From a virus, in IMG/VR virus record IMGVR_UViG_3300045988_118310, positions 1 through 64,000 of that record: 64,000 nucleotides of DNA; one strand, 5' to 3'. The stretch's first letter is position 1. The number at the start of each line of letters is the position of its first letter. Both the position numbers and the translations under genes were made by a program. The notes under the pieces are model-generated. The model searched no databases. It was not told the DNA's origin and saw only the letters and a program-made list of their open reading frames with translations. Shown one piece after another: positions 9,266 to 18,366 of the stretch.

Positions 9266-11467
9266 TTAATTGTCGCTCAAATGAACCACTCGATCTCGAA
9301 TTTCCTGAGTGCGCCCCTGATTCCAAAAATTGGTTCCCAGGTAACCACAAGTACGTCTTACGACATTCATTTTGTTCTGGTCACGATTACCACAATTCGG
9401 GCACTCCCATATAAGCTTGTGGTTTTTCTCATCTTCTACAATTTTAATTTCGCCGTCGTAGCCGCAGCACTGGCAGTAGTCGGACTTGGTGTTCAGCTCC
9501 GCATACATGATGTTGTCGTAAATGAACTGCATAACACTAAGCACCGCAGGAATGTTCTGCTGCAGATTTGGCACCTCGATATAGCTAATCGCCCCTCCTG
9601 GAGAAAGCTTCTGGAACTCGCTCTCAAACTTTAGCTTAGTGAAAGCATCGATATGTTCACGGACAACGACATGATAAGAATTTGTTACGTAGTCATGGTC
9701 AGTAATATCTGGAATCATACCAAACCGCTTCTGCAAGCAACGTGCAAATTCATATGTAGTGGACTCCAAAGGAGTACCATACAGAGAGTAATCGATGTTT
9801 TCAGCGGCCTTCCACTCGTTACACTTATCATTCATGTGCCGCATAATTTCGAGAGCAAAAGGTTTAGCATCAGGATCGGTGTGGCTCTTGCCGGTCATAT
9901 ACTTCACACACTCATACAGACCGGCATAACCCAGGCTGATGGTGGAGTAGCCGCCGAAGAGCAACTTGTCGATCTTCTCGCCCTTCTTTAGACGAGCTAA
10001 TGCACCGTACTGCCACAGGATAGGGGCCATATCAGAAGAAGTGCCGAGTAGACGCTTGTGACGAATCTGTAGAGCTCGATGACACAATTCGAGTCGTTCA
10101 TCGAAGATTTTCCAGAATTTATCCTTGTCCCCTTCTGAACTGCAAGCCACGTCCACCAGATTGATGGTCACGACGCCCTGATTGAAGCGGCCATAATACT
10201 TATGCCCCTTAACCCAATTCTTGGCACTAGCTACGTTCTCAGTGGTGCGGTCAGGAGTAAGGAAGGATCTACAGCCCATGCTAGGCCACACACCGCCTTT
10301 AAGCTCCTTCATAACCTTTGCGGAAATATAATCAGGAACCATTCGCTTGGCAGTACACTTAGCTGCCAGCTCAGTCAGGTAATAATACTTAGAATCAGAA
10401 TGAATGTTATCCTCATCAAGAGCATAAATGAGCTTTGGGAAGGCCGGAGTGACCCATACACCAACTTCATTCTTTACACCCTGAATGCGCTGTTTTAACA
10501 CTTCTTCAACAATTAGAGCCAAATCATCACGAGTTTGACCTTCTGGAACTTCATCGAGGTACATAAACACGGTGATAAAAGGGGCCTGGCCGTTTGTCGT
10601 CATCAAAGTGACAACCTGATACTGGATGGTCTGCACGCCACGAGCAATTTCTTTATGTAAACGATCTTCTACAATTCGATTGATAGTTTCAGACTCCGGC
10701 ATCTTATCGATTTCATTATTCTGAACCATCTCGTAAAATTCTTGGTGTACTTCACTTGTGATCTTCTTGCGGGAAACATCTACGAATGGAGCCAGATGTG
10801 AAAGTGTAATACTCTGACCTCCAAATTGCATCGAAGCTACCTGTGCAATGATCTGGGTGGCAATGTTGCAGGCGGTGGAAAAGCTGTGAGGTTTTTCAAT
10901 ATAGGTGCCGGAGATGACGGTGCCGTTCTGGAGCATATCTTCAAGATTGACCAGATCGCAATTATGGCAGTGCATCACAAAATAATCTTTATCATGCACA
11001 TGAATTAAACCACTTTTGTGTGCATCTCGGATATCCTTTGGAAGTAGAAGTCTGTCAGTTAGTTCCTTAGATACCTCTCCGGCCATGTAATCACGTTGCG
11101 TGCTATTGATGGTTGCGTTCTTATTACTGTTTTCCTGATTGATTGCGTCGTTCTGGGCATCAAGAATTTCAAGAATACTTGCGTTGGTTTTCTCTTTATC
11201 TCGAATTTCCTGACGATACTGCCGCCACTGACTATATGCATTTGCAACGTCAATAAACGGGCTATTTGCTAGACTGTCCACTACGATATCCTGAATCTGC
11301 TCAACAGAAAGAATGCCCGGCATGTCTGCGATATAGTCAGCAATCGCATTCGACACACGAGCGTCGATACTACCCGGTGTACAGGTCATCGCCTTCTCGA
11401 CTGCATTCACAATCTTACTTTTATCAAAAGGGACTTCCGTTCCATCGCGTTTAATCACATATTCCAT
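9266..11467 (-). CDS. nrdD: anaerobic ribonucleoside-triphosphate reductase (class III)
   Basis: 733 aa, ATP-cone-like N-terminus, C-terminal glycyl-radical motif RRTCGYLG and Zn-ribbon CCGYDG...CPNCG. Confidence 0.85.
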   Translation of the reverse strand: MEYVIKRDGTEVPFDKSKIVNAVEKAMTCTPGSIDARVSNAIADYIADMPGILSVEQIQDIVVDSLANSPFIDVANAYSQWRQYRQEIRDKEKTNASILEILDAQNDAINQENSNKNATINSTQRDYMAGEVSKELTDRLLLPKDIRDAHKSGLIHVHDKDYFVMHCHNCDLVNLEDMLQNGTVISGTYIEKPHSFSTACNIATQIIAQVASMQFGGQSITLSHLAPFVDVSRKKITSEVHQEFYEMVQNNEIDKMPESETINRIVEDRLHKEIARGVQTIQYQVVTLMTTNGQAPFITVFMYLDEVPEGQTRDDLALIVEEVLKQRIQGVKNEVGVWVTPAFPKLIYALDEDNIHSDSKYYYLTELAAKCTAKRMVPDYISAKVMKELKGGVWPSMGCRSFLTPDRTTENVASAKNWVKGHKYYGRFNQGVVTINLVDVACSSEGDKDKFWKIFDERLELCHRALQIRHKRLLGTSSDMAPILWQYGALARLKKGEKIDKLLFGGYSTISLGYAGLYECVKYMTGKSHTDPDAKPFALEIMRHMNDKCNEWKAAENIDYSLYGTPLESTTYEFARCLQKRFGMIPDITDHDYVTNSYHVVVREHIDAFTKLKFESEFQKLSPGGAISYIEVPNLQQNIPAVLSVMQFIYDNIMYAELNTKSDYCQCCGYDGEIKIVEDEKNHKLIWECPNCGNRDQNKMNVVRRTCGYLGTNFWNQGRTQEIRDRVVHLSDN

Positions 11468-11478
11468 GTAATCACCTC

Positions 11479-13002
11479 TTACTCAGCATCCTGCGCATCG
11501 TTCTTTTCAGAAACAATCGTCGAATCGCTTACAAGGTTCACATTCTTAGTGACCTTTGCATCGTAACTGTTGGCACGGACAATTTCCTTCATATCAATGC
11601 CAGTTGCTTCACGAACGGCCTCAAAAGTCTGAGCCATGACTGCTGGGACATTGCCGGAAATCTCAGAAACACCATTTGCGTTACTGCCAATGATGGAAAC
11701 CTTGTCAATGGACGCCAGCGGCTTTGCAACCTCAGCTGCAATGCTAGGAAGAATCTTAATGATCATTTCACCCATAGCCGCACCATTGTACTGCTTGTAA
11801 GCTTCGGCCTTCTTCAGCATAGCTTCTGCTTCAGCAAGACCCTTCTGCCTGATGGCCTCAGCTTCCGCCATGCCAACCATACGGATGCCTTCTGCCTCCT
11901 GTTCCTTAGCGAACTTTGCGGATTCTGCAGAACGCTCTGCTTCGTACTTCTTTGCTTCAGCTTCCTTCTGACGCTTATACAGGTCGGCGTCTGCCTGCTT
12001 GCGAATCTCCGCATCCAGCTTTTGCTGACGAACTTCTGCTTCCTGAGCGGCCAACTCAACCATCTTCTTCTGCTTTGCAATAGCTGCGTCAGCTTCAGCT
12101 TCCTTAATTTCCTTATCACGCAGATTCATTTGAATCTCACCAGCAGCTTCTGCATCAGCATTTGCCTTATCAGCCTCCGCCTTCAGAGCGGCCTGAGTCA
12201 GAAGATACTCATTGTTGCGCTGTGCAATAGCGGTCTTGGATTCAATTTCCTTTTCATTTGATTCACGAGCAGTATCCGCCTTAGCACGAGCAATATCACG
12301 AGCGGCTTCGGCCTTAGCAATCTCTGCCTGTTTCTTCACCAGCTCTTCCTGCTGAACACCAATTGCCTCAATGACACCATGATTATGACCCTGAGCATCA
12401 ATAGCATCCTTAATATCCTGAACATTGAAAGTAACAACTTCCAGACCCATCTTTGCTAAATCAGGACGAGCATTCTCAACAACGGAAATTGCCATCTGTT
12501 TACGATTGGTCAGGATATCATTGACAGTCATCTCAGAAACAATCTCTCGCAGATTGCCCTGAAGGACATCGTTGATCTTTTCGTTAATGCCATCTTCACT
12601 CATGCCAAGGAAGTTGGAAATAGCAGCCTGCTGACGAGCACTAATATAAGTCTTTGCATCCTCACAACCGGCACTCTTAATCTCATCATCAGTTACAGTA
12701 GAGTTCTCAGAGTAAACCTGAACAGTAACAACAGAGTCCAGCCACAGAGAAACACCCTCTTTAGTCTTTACACCGGTTTCAGGAGTCTTGACATCAATCT
12801 TGAGCAATCGCATATTCAGACGGTCAGCTCGCTGAATAACCGGAAGGACGAACACGCCACGACCACAGATAACTTTCGGCTTAGACAGTCCAAAACCTGT
12901 TACGACGATTGCCTGAGTAGGAGGAGCCTTCTTATAGCAAGTAAATGCAAAGGCGATCAGAAAGACAACAACGACAGGAATTGCAATAAACATCATATTC
13001 AT
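11479..13002 (-). CDS. flotillin-like SPFH/band-7 protein
   Basis: N-terminal TM segment, SPFH core (AIVVTGFG...VLPVIQRADRLNMRL) and long Ala/Glu/Lys-rich coiled-coil, as in YqiK/FloT. Confidence 0.75.
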   Translation of the reverse strand: MNMMFIAIPVVVVFLIAFAFTCYKKAPPTQAIVVTGFGLSKPKVICGRGVFVLPVIQRADRLNMRLLKIDVKTPETGVKTKEGVSLWLDSVVTVQVYSENSTVTDDEIKSAGCEDAKTYISARQQAAISNFLGMSEDGINEKINDVLQGNLREIVSEMTVNDILTNRKQMAISVVENARPDLAKMGLEVVTFNVQDIKDAIDAQGHNHGVIEAIGVQQEELVKKQAEIAKAEAARDIARAKADTARESNEKEIESKTAIAQRNNEYLLTQAALKAEADKANADAEAAGEIQMNLRDKEIKEAEADAAIAKQKKMVELAAQEAEVRQQKLDAEIRKQADADLYKRQKEAEAKKYEAERSAESAKFAKEQEAEGIRMVGMAEAEAIRQKGLAEAEAMLKKAEAYKQYNGAAMGEMIIKILPSIAAEVAKPLASIDKVSIIGSNANGVSEISGNVPAVMAQTFEAVREATGIDMKEIVRANSYDAKVTKNVNLVSDSTIVSEKNDAQDAE

Positions 13003-13018
13003 GTATTTTTCTCCTTGA

Positions 13019-13114
13019 TTATCTTAAAACAAATTTGGCAAAGCCAAAAATCAACATTGTAACAAACAGGGCAAATGCCGCAAATGGTTCTTCCCAGTTG
13101 TATCTCATTCTCAT
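13019..13114 (-). CDS. 31-aa hydrophobic micropeptide upstream of the flotillin gene
   Basis: ATG ORF MRMRYNWEEPFAAFALFVTMLIFGFAKFVLR; its TAA is followed by the flotillin RBS. Confidence 0.25.
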   Translation of the reverse strand: MRMRYNWEEPFAAFALFVTMLIFGFAKFVLR

Positions 13115-13127
13115 TTATGTAAACCTC

Positions 13128-13568
13128 TTAAAACTTGACCTCATCGGCACAATCAGGGACCACGGCAGTTTCGATGTTTGGAGCATGGATTTCTGGACAG
13201 AAAACCAAATCATCCGTATAGTCGGGCTTTGCATGACGAGGAATGTAATCCGACATCGTAGTCAGCTTATCAGTTACCTCGTTAGGGACTTTCTTGAGCG
13301 TATCTACGACACTTTCAGCAACCTTCTGCTGTTCCTCTAAAAGCCGGATTTTATAGTCCAAATACCAACGTGCCTTCGTCAAATCTTGAAGCTGAGAATT
13401 GCCATCTTTGTGACCTGCCCGGCTCAGATACTTACCAACATTCCAAAGATAAGCATCCTTGTCTAACTGCCACTCCCGTAGCACTTTGATTGCCTCATAG
13501 GGATTGTCTGCACCGCCGTAATAAGACGGGTGCTCGACGTTCTTCTTGATTTCGTCAAGTGTTTGCAT
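13128..13568 (-). CDS. DUF3310-like phage protein
   Basis: HPSYYGG...PYEAIKVLREW motif characteristic of the DUF3310 family. Confidence 0.45.
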   Translation of the reverse strand: MQTLDEIKKNVEHPSYYGGADNPYEAIKVLREWQLDKDAYLWNVGKYLSRAGHKDGNSQLQDLTKARWYLDYKIRLLEEQQKVAESVVDTLKKVPNEVTDKLTTMSDYIPRHAKPDYTDDLVFCPEIHAPNIETAVVPDCADEVKF

Positions 13569-14271
13569 CAATAACCTCCTTGTTTTTTTCAATAGGCTTA
13601 TAAACATCTGCCAACCGAGGATGACGGCCACAGCAGCCACGACCTTCTGGACAGAACGGATACTTCGGATTAGCCTCACAGGAAGGAACCATCCAGTTTG
13701 CTACTTCAGGACAAACCTGTGCAACTTCCTTCTTCATTTCTGTGAACATCTCGCGGATTTCTTTTTGAGCCCTAGAACAAAGTCGAAGATGACTCATCTC
13801 AATCAAAGCACGAGCGTTCATCGTGATGTAGAATTCTGTACAGCAAGCATTTGGCAGAACTGCACGAGCGTCTTCGTTTTTGGCATTATGATACTTCTTG
13901 AGAATCTGATAATCGGTATCAATGTCCGACATCATATTATCGAAAACATCAGCATCTTCACCGGTAAACGGATTTACATACTTGAATCCATCCTCGCTGC
14001 AATAACGCTGGCTGCGGCAGCTCATGCTAATATGTCGATGACGACTAATCTGTGCCAGAAGTGCGCGACTCACATCTTTGACATAGAACGTAAAGTTGAT
14101 GTGTTCAAGCACAGAATAATGACCGCTGGCCTTACATCCCTTAGCAATCTTATAATCGTCAGTCATTGAAGAATCATAACAAATACTCGCAGCTTCCTCT
14201 ACAATATCTAAAGGATTCTTATCATTTGTAGGAACAACTCGCTGTGTGTACGCAATCAAATCAACAGTCAT
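13555..14271 (-). CDS. thyX: flavin-dependent thymidylate synthase
   Basis: ThyX signature RHRHISMSCRSQRY. Confidence 0.85.
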   Translation of the reverse strand: MTVDLIAYTQRVVPTNDKNPLDIVEEAASICYDSSMTDDYKIAKGCKASGHYSVLEHINFTFYVKDVSRALLAQISRHRHISMSCRSQRYCSEDGFKYVNPFTGEDADVFDNMMSDIDTDYQILKKYHNAKNEDARAVLPNACCTEFYITMNARALIEMSHLRLCSRAQKEIREMFTEMKKEVAQVCPEVANWMVPSCEANPKYPFCPEGRGCCGRHPRLADVYKPIEKNKEVIDANT

Positions 14272-14281
14272 TCAACTCTCC

Positions 14282-14506
14282 TTAATATTCGTCCTGCCAG
14301 TTTTCAGGAATGTCGTTCTCACCAATTACGATGCAATTTTTAGGTGCGACATTTAAAGTGTACTTTCCATCTTGAACTTTAATCATTACGTTCATAATGG
14401 AGACAACTTTATGAATGCTCCAAAGAACTCCGCGACCTTTTCGAGTTCTAGCTCTAAGAACTGTGTCGCCAATATGAATTTCTCTATTAAGAATATCGGT
14501 TACCAT
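14282..14506 (-). CDS. hypothetical protein
   Basis: packed minus-strand ORF. Confidence 0.3.
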   Translation of the reverse strand: MVTDILNREIHIGDTVLRARTRKGRGVLWSIHKVVSIMNVMIKVQDGKYTLNVAPKNCIVIGENDIPENWQDEY

Positions 14507-14665
14507 TTAATCCTCCTTTACTTTAGAAGTGCAAACTTAAACCAATCTGGGAAGCTTGATACTGAAATCCAATATTTGATAAGACAAGATAATAGCCACA
14601 ACGCAATCATGATTCCGACCGCAATAAGATAATCCTTAAAAATCTTAATGAAAGCGATCCACATC

Positions 14666-14869
14666 TTAATCCTGTCTCTCATTTACCTCACCTCTTTCAA
14701 TCAACTCATCCACAGTAACCTCTCCACAGAGAACCTGTTTAAGCTGCTCTTCTGACAACTGATATGTAATCGGATCTCCACATTCAGTGGGATATCGAGC
14801 TAAGATTCTATAATACTCTGCAAGGGCTCGTTCCTTACGACCCTGCTCACGATGGTCAATACCAATCAT
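14666..14869 (-). CDS. hypothetical protein
   Basis: packed ORF, 4-nt overlap with the next. Confidence 0.3.
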   Translation of the reverse strand: MIGIDHREQGRKERALAEYYRILARYPTECGDPITYQLSEEQLKQVLCGEVTVDELIERGEVNERQD

Positions 14870-15114
14870 ATCGCCCCACCTCCTTCCTCAAATTCTTCAC
14901 TCTTTCCGGTCACGACATAGATGTCATCTTCGAGATCTTCTTTATCAACAAACGATATTTCTCCTAGCCGCAGACCGCACTTGTTACTTTCTGGTCTGTT
15001 GTCAATTATGTAGAAGTCGCCAGCATCACAAAGAACCTTATACCAGTGTCCTTTCTGCAAAGTGGCTTCTGCCGGGCCCCACTCTTTATAGTCCGTTCTG
15101 AAGTACATCCTCAT
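14866..15114 (-). CDS. hypothetical protein
   Basis: packed ORF. Confidence 0.3.
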   Translation of the reverse strand: MRMYFRTDYKEWGPAEATLQKGHWYKVLCDAGDFYIIDNRPESNKCGLRLGEISFVDKEDLEDDIYVVTGKSEEFEEGGGAI

Positions 15115-15461
15115 TAGAGCTCCTTGTAGGGTTCCATATCACCCTTCCAAATCTGAAAATAAGGATGTGCGTCAATGCCGTAAACCTGACCCTTCATACC
15201 GGTACTGGTGATTTTGTAAGGCTTTCTGTCTTCAAGGCTATTGATAAAGTCCTGATACTGAGGACTCATCTTAAAGAAATCTTTCTTACCCTGAATCCTC
15301 TTTACCTTAATAGTGACCTCATCACCAATCTTTGGTTCCCACTCTTCAACTGGCATTCCAGCAAGAAAATCGGGCCCACCAGCCTTCTTGATTCGCCTGG
15401 CAAGGATTCGTGCTTTACGCTGCTCTCTGCGCCGGTCTTCTCGATTCATCGAATTACTCAT
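15114..15461 (-). CDS. hypothetical basic protein
   Basis: Arg/Lys-rich N-terminus. Confidence 0.35.
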   Translation of the reverse strand: MSNSMNREDRRREQRKARILARRIKKAGGPDFLAGMPVEEWEPKIGDEVTIKVKRIQGKKDFFKMSPQYQDFINSLEDRKPYKITSTGMKGQVYGIDAHPYFQIWKGDMEPYKEL

Positions 15462-15693
15462 ATTCTGTTCCTTTCAGCTTATCAAAGTAGGGATCGCCGT
15501 CTCGCTTCTCTAATAAGTTGAGCTCCCCGGCGGAGCCTACAGAATACAAACGAAAATTTTTAAAAATCTCAGCACCTTTAATAGTGGCTAGAGATGTAAT
15601 CACGTAAATGATATTGTGTTCTTCTGTACCATCCATAAGTTGAACTTCAAGTCGTTCTTTCTTTGGGATGGCTAGTTTTCGGAAGTCGTTCAT
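15454..15693 (-). CDS. hypothetical protein
   Basis: packed ORF. Confidence 0.3.
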   Translation of the reverse strand: MNDFRKLAIPKKERLEVQLMDGTEEHNIIYVITSLATIKGAEIFKNFRLYSVGSAGELNLLEKRDGDPYFDKLKGTEYE

Positions 15694-15909
15694 TTATTCC
15701 TCCGGCATTTTAAAAATCCTCTCATCACAACAATAGTCGTCAAAAATGTTTCCGATAATCTCGTAGCATCTTGACGCAGTATTATAACTACCAAGAACAA
15801 TTCCGCGTTCTCCCATACCTTGCCTTGCGTAAACATTAAGGTTTGCGGCATCAATGATTGCCATGCGGTCAAGATTTATAATTTCTCCACCTTGCGTTAA
15901 AAGTAGCAT
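15694..15909 (-). CDS. hypothetical protein, paralog of 15911..16135
   Basis: MLLLTQ... ends ...FKMPEE; shares termini and core with the neighbour. Confidence 0.35.
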   Translation of the reverse strand: MLLLTQGGEIINLDRMAIIDAANLNVYARQGMGERGIVLGSYNTASRCYEIIGNIFDDYCCDERIFKMPEE

Positions 15910-15910
15910 T

Positions 15911-16135
15911 TTAGTCCTCCGGCATATCGAAACTAACACGGCTCTCACAAAGAGCAGTATTAATTTCTTGGATTACTTCTTTTGCTCGTTCTACTGTTTT
16001 ATATTTACCAAGTCTCATCCATCCATCTTCATCAAAGGTATACGCTCTGATTACTGCTGATTCATCTACAATATGGATTCCAAAACATTTACCGGTGTCA
16101 ACAACTCCGGTTTGATTCTGTGTTAAAATAAACAT
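15911..16135 (-). CDS. hypothetical protein, paralog of 15694..15909
   Basis: MFILTQ... ends ...FDMPED. Confidence 0.35.
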   Translation of the reverse strand: MFILTQNQTGVVDTGKCFGIHIVDESAVIRAYTFDEDGWMRLGKYKTVERAKEVIQEINTALCESRVSFDMPED

Positions 16136-16144
16136 TGTAAAACC

Positions 16145-16423
16145 TCACAAATCTGCAAGCTGTGCAGGAGAATTGATATCTGGACTATCCAAATCCATCC
16201 CAAACTCCTTAGACATTTCATTCTTGATTCCCCAAAAGTAACCTTCGGATGGAGCGTAAACAATAGTCCACCATCCATACGCTTCTTTATTCTTAGGCGT
16301 GAATTCACGAGTTGGAATTCGATTGCCGCTGAAGCTAATTGTTGTGGTTTTGGATGGATTCTCAACACATTTGTTATCCAGAATCCGAAGAATGTGTTTA
16401 ATAGACTTCTTGGAAAGATTCAT
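16145..16423 (-). CDS. hypothetical protein
   Basis: packed ORF, internal start. Confidence 0.3.
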   Translation of the reverse strand: MNLSKKSIKHILRILDNKCVENPSKTTTISFSGNRIPTREFTPKNKEAYGWWTIVYAPSEGYFWGIKNEMSKEFGMDLDSPDINSPAQLADL

Positions 16424-16802
16424 GCCAGCCCTCCCGTTCAGCTTTCCACTGAGCATACTTATCATAAGCAATCTTTTGGGCAAGCTCTCTATTCTCAGCG
16501 GTTACATAAATAGTCCATACCATTTCCTTATCGTAAGGAGCCGAATCAAAATAATTAGGTTCCCATTCTTTGTCTTTAATATCTTCAACATCTCTATGGG
16601 AACGGATTACGAGCCAGTCTCTATTTTTTTCGTAGTGATAAACCTTCCAAACGCCAATCGGATTTATAATACAATCCTCGTACTCTTCGACATCACCGTC
16701 GTAAGCTGCAGCGATTCTTCCCGCTTTTTCTTTATCTTCAGTAATAGTAATAATTCGATAATTTGAATATTTACCTTCGGTTACTGCGTAATAAGTTTTC
16801 AT
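16398..16802 (-). CDS. hypothetical protein
   Basis: 134-aa ORF. Confidence 0.35.
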   Translation of the reverse strand: MKTYYAVTEGKYSNYRIITITEDKEKAGRIAAAYDGDVEEYEDCIINPIGVWKVYHYEKNRDWLVIRSHRDVEDIKDKEWEPNYFDSAPYDKEMVWTIYVTAENRELAQKIAYDKYAQWKAEREGWHESFQEVY

Positions 16803-16879
16803 AATCCTCTCCTTAGCCGTAGCTTACTTCATTCTTATCGTTTCCACCCATCCAATAAAAGGAATCTTTTAACTTGTTT

Positions 16880-18193
16880 TTAGGCATAAGACACCTCGTT
16901 CTTGTCATCTCTAAATCTTACAAAGGTCGGGAATTGCAGGGACTCAGCGCCAGTTTTCTTGTCACAGCTGACCTCTTTGTATTTACACTCAACAATCTTG
17001 CCAATGTAGTCATCAGGATTCGCCCACACAGTAGCTCTCGTAGCGTCATCAAAGCCAGAGCCAATGCGTAGCTCATTACCCTTGTAGTCCACAACGAGAG
17101 CTCCCGTCGTGCCAGCCAGACGGTTCTGACCTTCCTCAATCGCGATGATTCGCAGGTCAACAGTATAAAAACGTTTTACTTTCAGGCATCCATTATGTCG
17201 TGCCCGGCGGTAAGGGACATCTCTGTTACAGACAAGTCCTTCCCAGTCATTTGCAAGAGCGTAATCAAGCCATTTAGCAATCTGTGAATAGTCGGTTCCT
17301 TCGTAGACCATCTCGACAACTTCAATGTTTTGAAGATTGTGCTGCTTGATTTTCTCTTTCAGCTCAAGAAGCCGCTGTTTACGAACTGAATACCGTTCAA
17401 CACATTCGTCATTTTCAAACTGTCTCTGTAGAACCATATCGAAAATTACGAACTTGATGCAGCTCTTATCTGTAGAATCGCTGTTAATAATGCCTGTCCC
17501 AACAACGAAATTTTTGTTATCTGACAGACCATCGACATTCTTACGAATTAACTCTCCATCAAATACATAACCAAAATAGCCAGTATTTTTAATATCGTTG
17601 ATAATGTGGTCAAGTCCAGTAAACTTTTGCGCCTGTCTGGAAATGAACTGACCATTGATAAAGGTGCCGCGCACTCCATTTAATTTGCGCGATACAAAAA
17701 TCATTTCATCCCGCTTCAGTTTAACCTTGTCAATCGGATATCCCTGCTGTACCTCCCAGACAGGAACAATCTCTTCGCCGTACACCTTATTGATGGTAGC
17801 TGCCTCGACTCCGATCGGCAGGTTCTTAGTGAACAGTCGTTTCAGAAACTCTTCGTATTCAGGATTTTTATGTAAATAATTCTGGATTGTTGCGATGGAT
17901 GTATCAGAGCCTGTATTGTGACTAGCACCCATAATATAAAGGTATCCGCAGCTGAGATACTGAACATCGAAATCCGGCCTTGCGGTTACCTTCTTATTGA
18001 TCTTTGCATTAGACAGGCCAGTAACAATTGCCGGGTCAAGCAGGAATCGGAAGAATGCCATTAACTCATCAGCTTCATCTCCAAAATCCTTACGTGCATC
18101 CAGCAAAATGCGGGTCTTGTCCGTCTTTTTCTTTGCTTTCTGCAATGCCTTAACCATCGCATCAAGCTTACCTATGAGCTCTTTATCTGTCAT
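16880..18193 (-). CDS. ATP-dependent DNA ligase
   Basis: motif I KLNGVR, III FDGELI, IV EGLVC, V LKVKR, VI ESLQFPTFVRFRDDK. Confidence 0.75.
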   Translation of the reverse strand: MTDKELIGKLDAMVKALQKAKKKTDKTRILLDARKDFGDEADELMAFFRFLLDPAIVTGLSNAKINKKVTARPDFDVQYLSCGYLYIMGASHNTGSDTSIATIQNYLHKNPEYEEFLKRLFTKNLPIGVEAATINKVYGEEIVPVWEVQQGYPIDKVKLKRDEMIFVSRKLNGVRGTFINGQFISRQAQKFTGLDHIINDIKNTGYFGYVFDGELIRKNVDGLSDNKNFVVGTGIINSDSTDKSCIKFVIFDMVLQRQFENDECVERYSVRKQRLLELKEKIKQHNLQNIEVVEMVYEGTDYSQIAKWLDYALANDWEGLVCNRDVPYRRARHNGCLKVKRFYTVDLRIIAIEEGQNRLAGTTGALVVDYKGNELRIGSGFDDATRATVWANPDDYIGKIVECKYKEVSCDKKTGAESLQFPTFVRFRDDKNEVSYA

Positions 18194-18206
18194 AAAGCCT
18201 CCTTGT

Positions 18207-18233
18207 GTATCCTGTGTTATATAGTTATAGCTA
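18207..18233 (-). promoter_or_regulatory. conserved intergenic motif TAGCTAT..AACACAGGATAC just upstream of the ligase RBS
   Basis: same ~21-nt motif recurs at 18276, 18336(+), 33497, 37759, 43742, 45234(+). Confidence 0.45.
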
Positions 18234-18275
18234 ATAAAGAAAGGCTTGTCGTTACGAGCAAGCCTTCTCTTTCTC
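18232..18275. terminator. stem-loop with flanking T/A-rich runs between helicase and ligase genes
   Basis: GGCTTGTCG-TTA-CGAGCAAGCC hairpin flanked by aataaagaa and ttctctttctc; could terminate either strand. Confidence 0.4.
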
Positions 18276-18294
18276 GTATCCTGTGTTATGCATC
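18276..18294 (-). promoter_or_regulatory. second copy of the ACAGGATAC motif
   Basis: cgtatcctgtgttatgcatc. Confidence 0.4.
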
Positions 18295-18335
18295 TAAAGA
18301 GAGAATTTTAAGCCTACGGGATGGAGACTTTTTAT

Positions 18336-18355
18336 AACTATATTATACAGGATAC
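18336..18355 (+). promoter_or_regulatory. inverted copy of the ACAGGATAC motif
   Basis: taactatattatacaggatac in plus orientation, forming an imperfect inverted repeat with the 18276 copy. Confidence 0.4.
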
Positions 18356-18366
18356 GAATATAATTG

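Noticed and set aside
11814-12119. 101-aa minus-strand ORF inside the flotillin gene
   Set aside because: Alternative frame of the AEA/K coiled-coil repeats giving an Arg/Lys/Ser-rich artefact; fully contained in a strongly supported gene.
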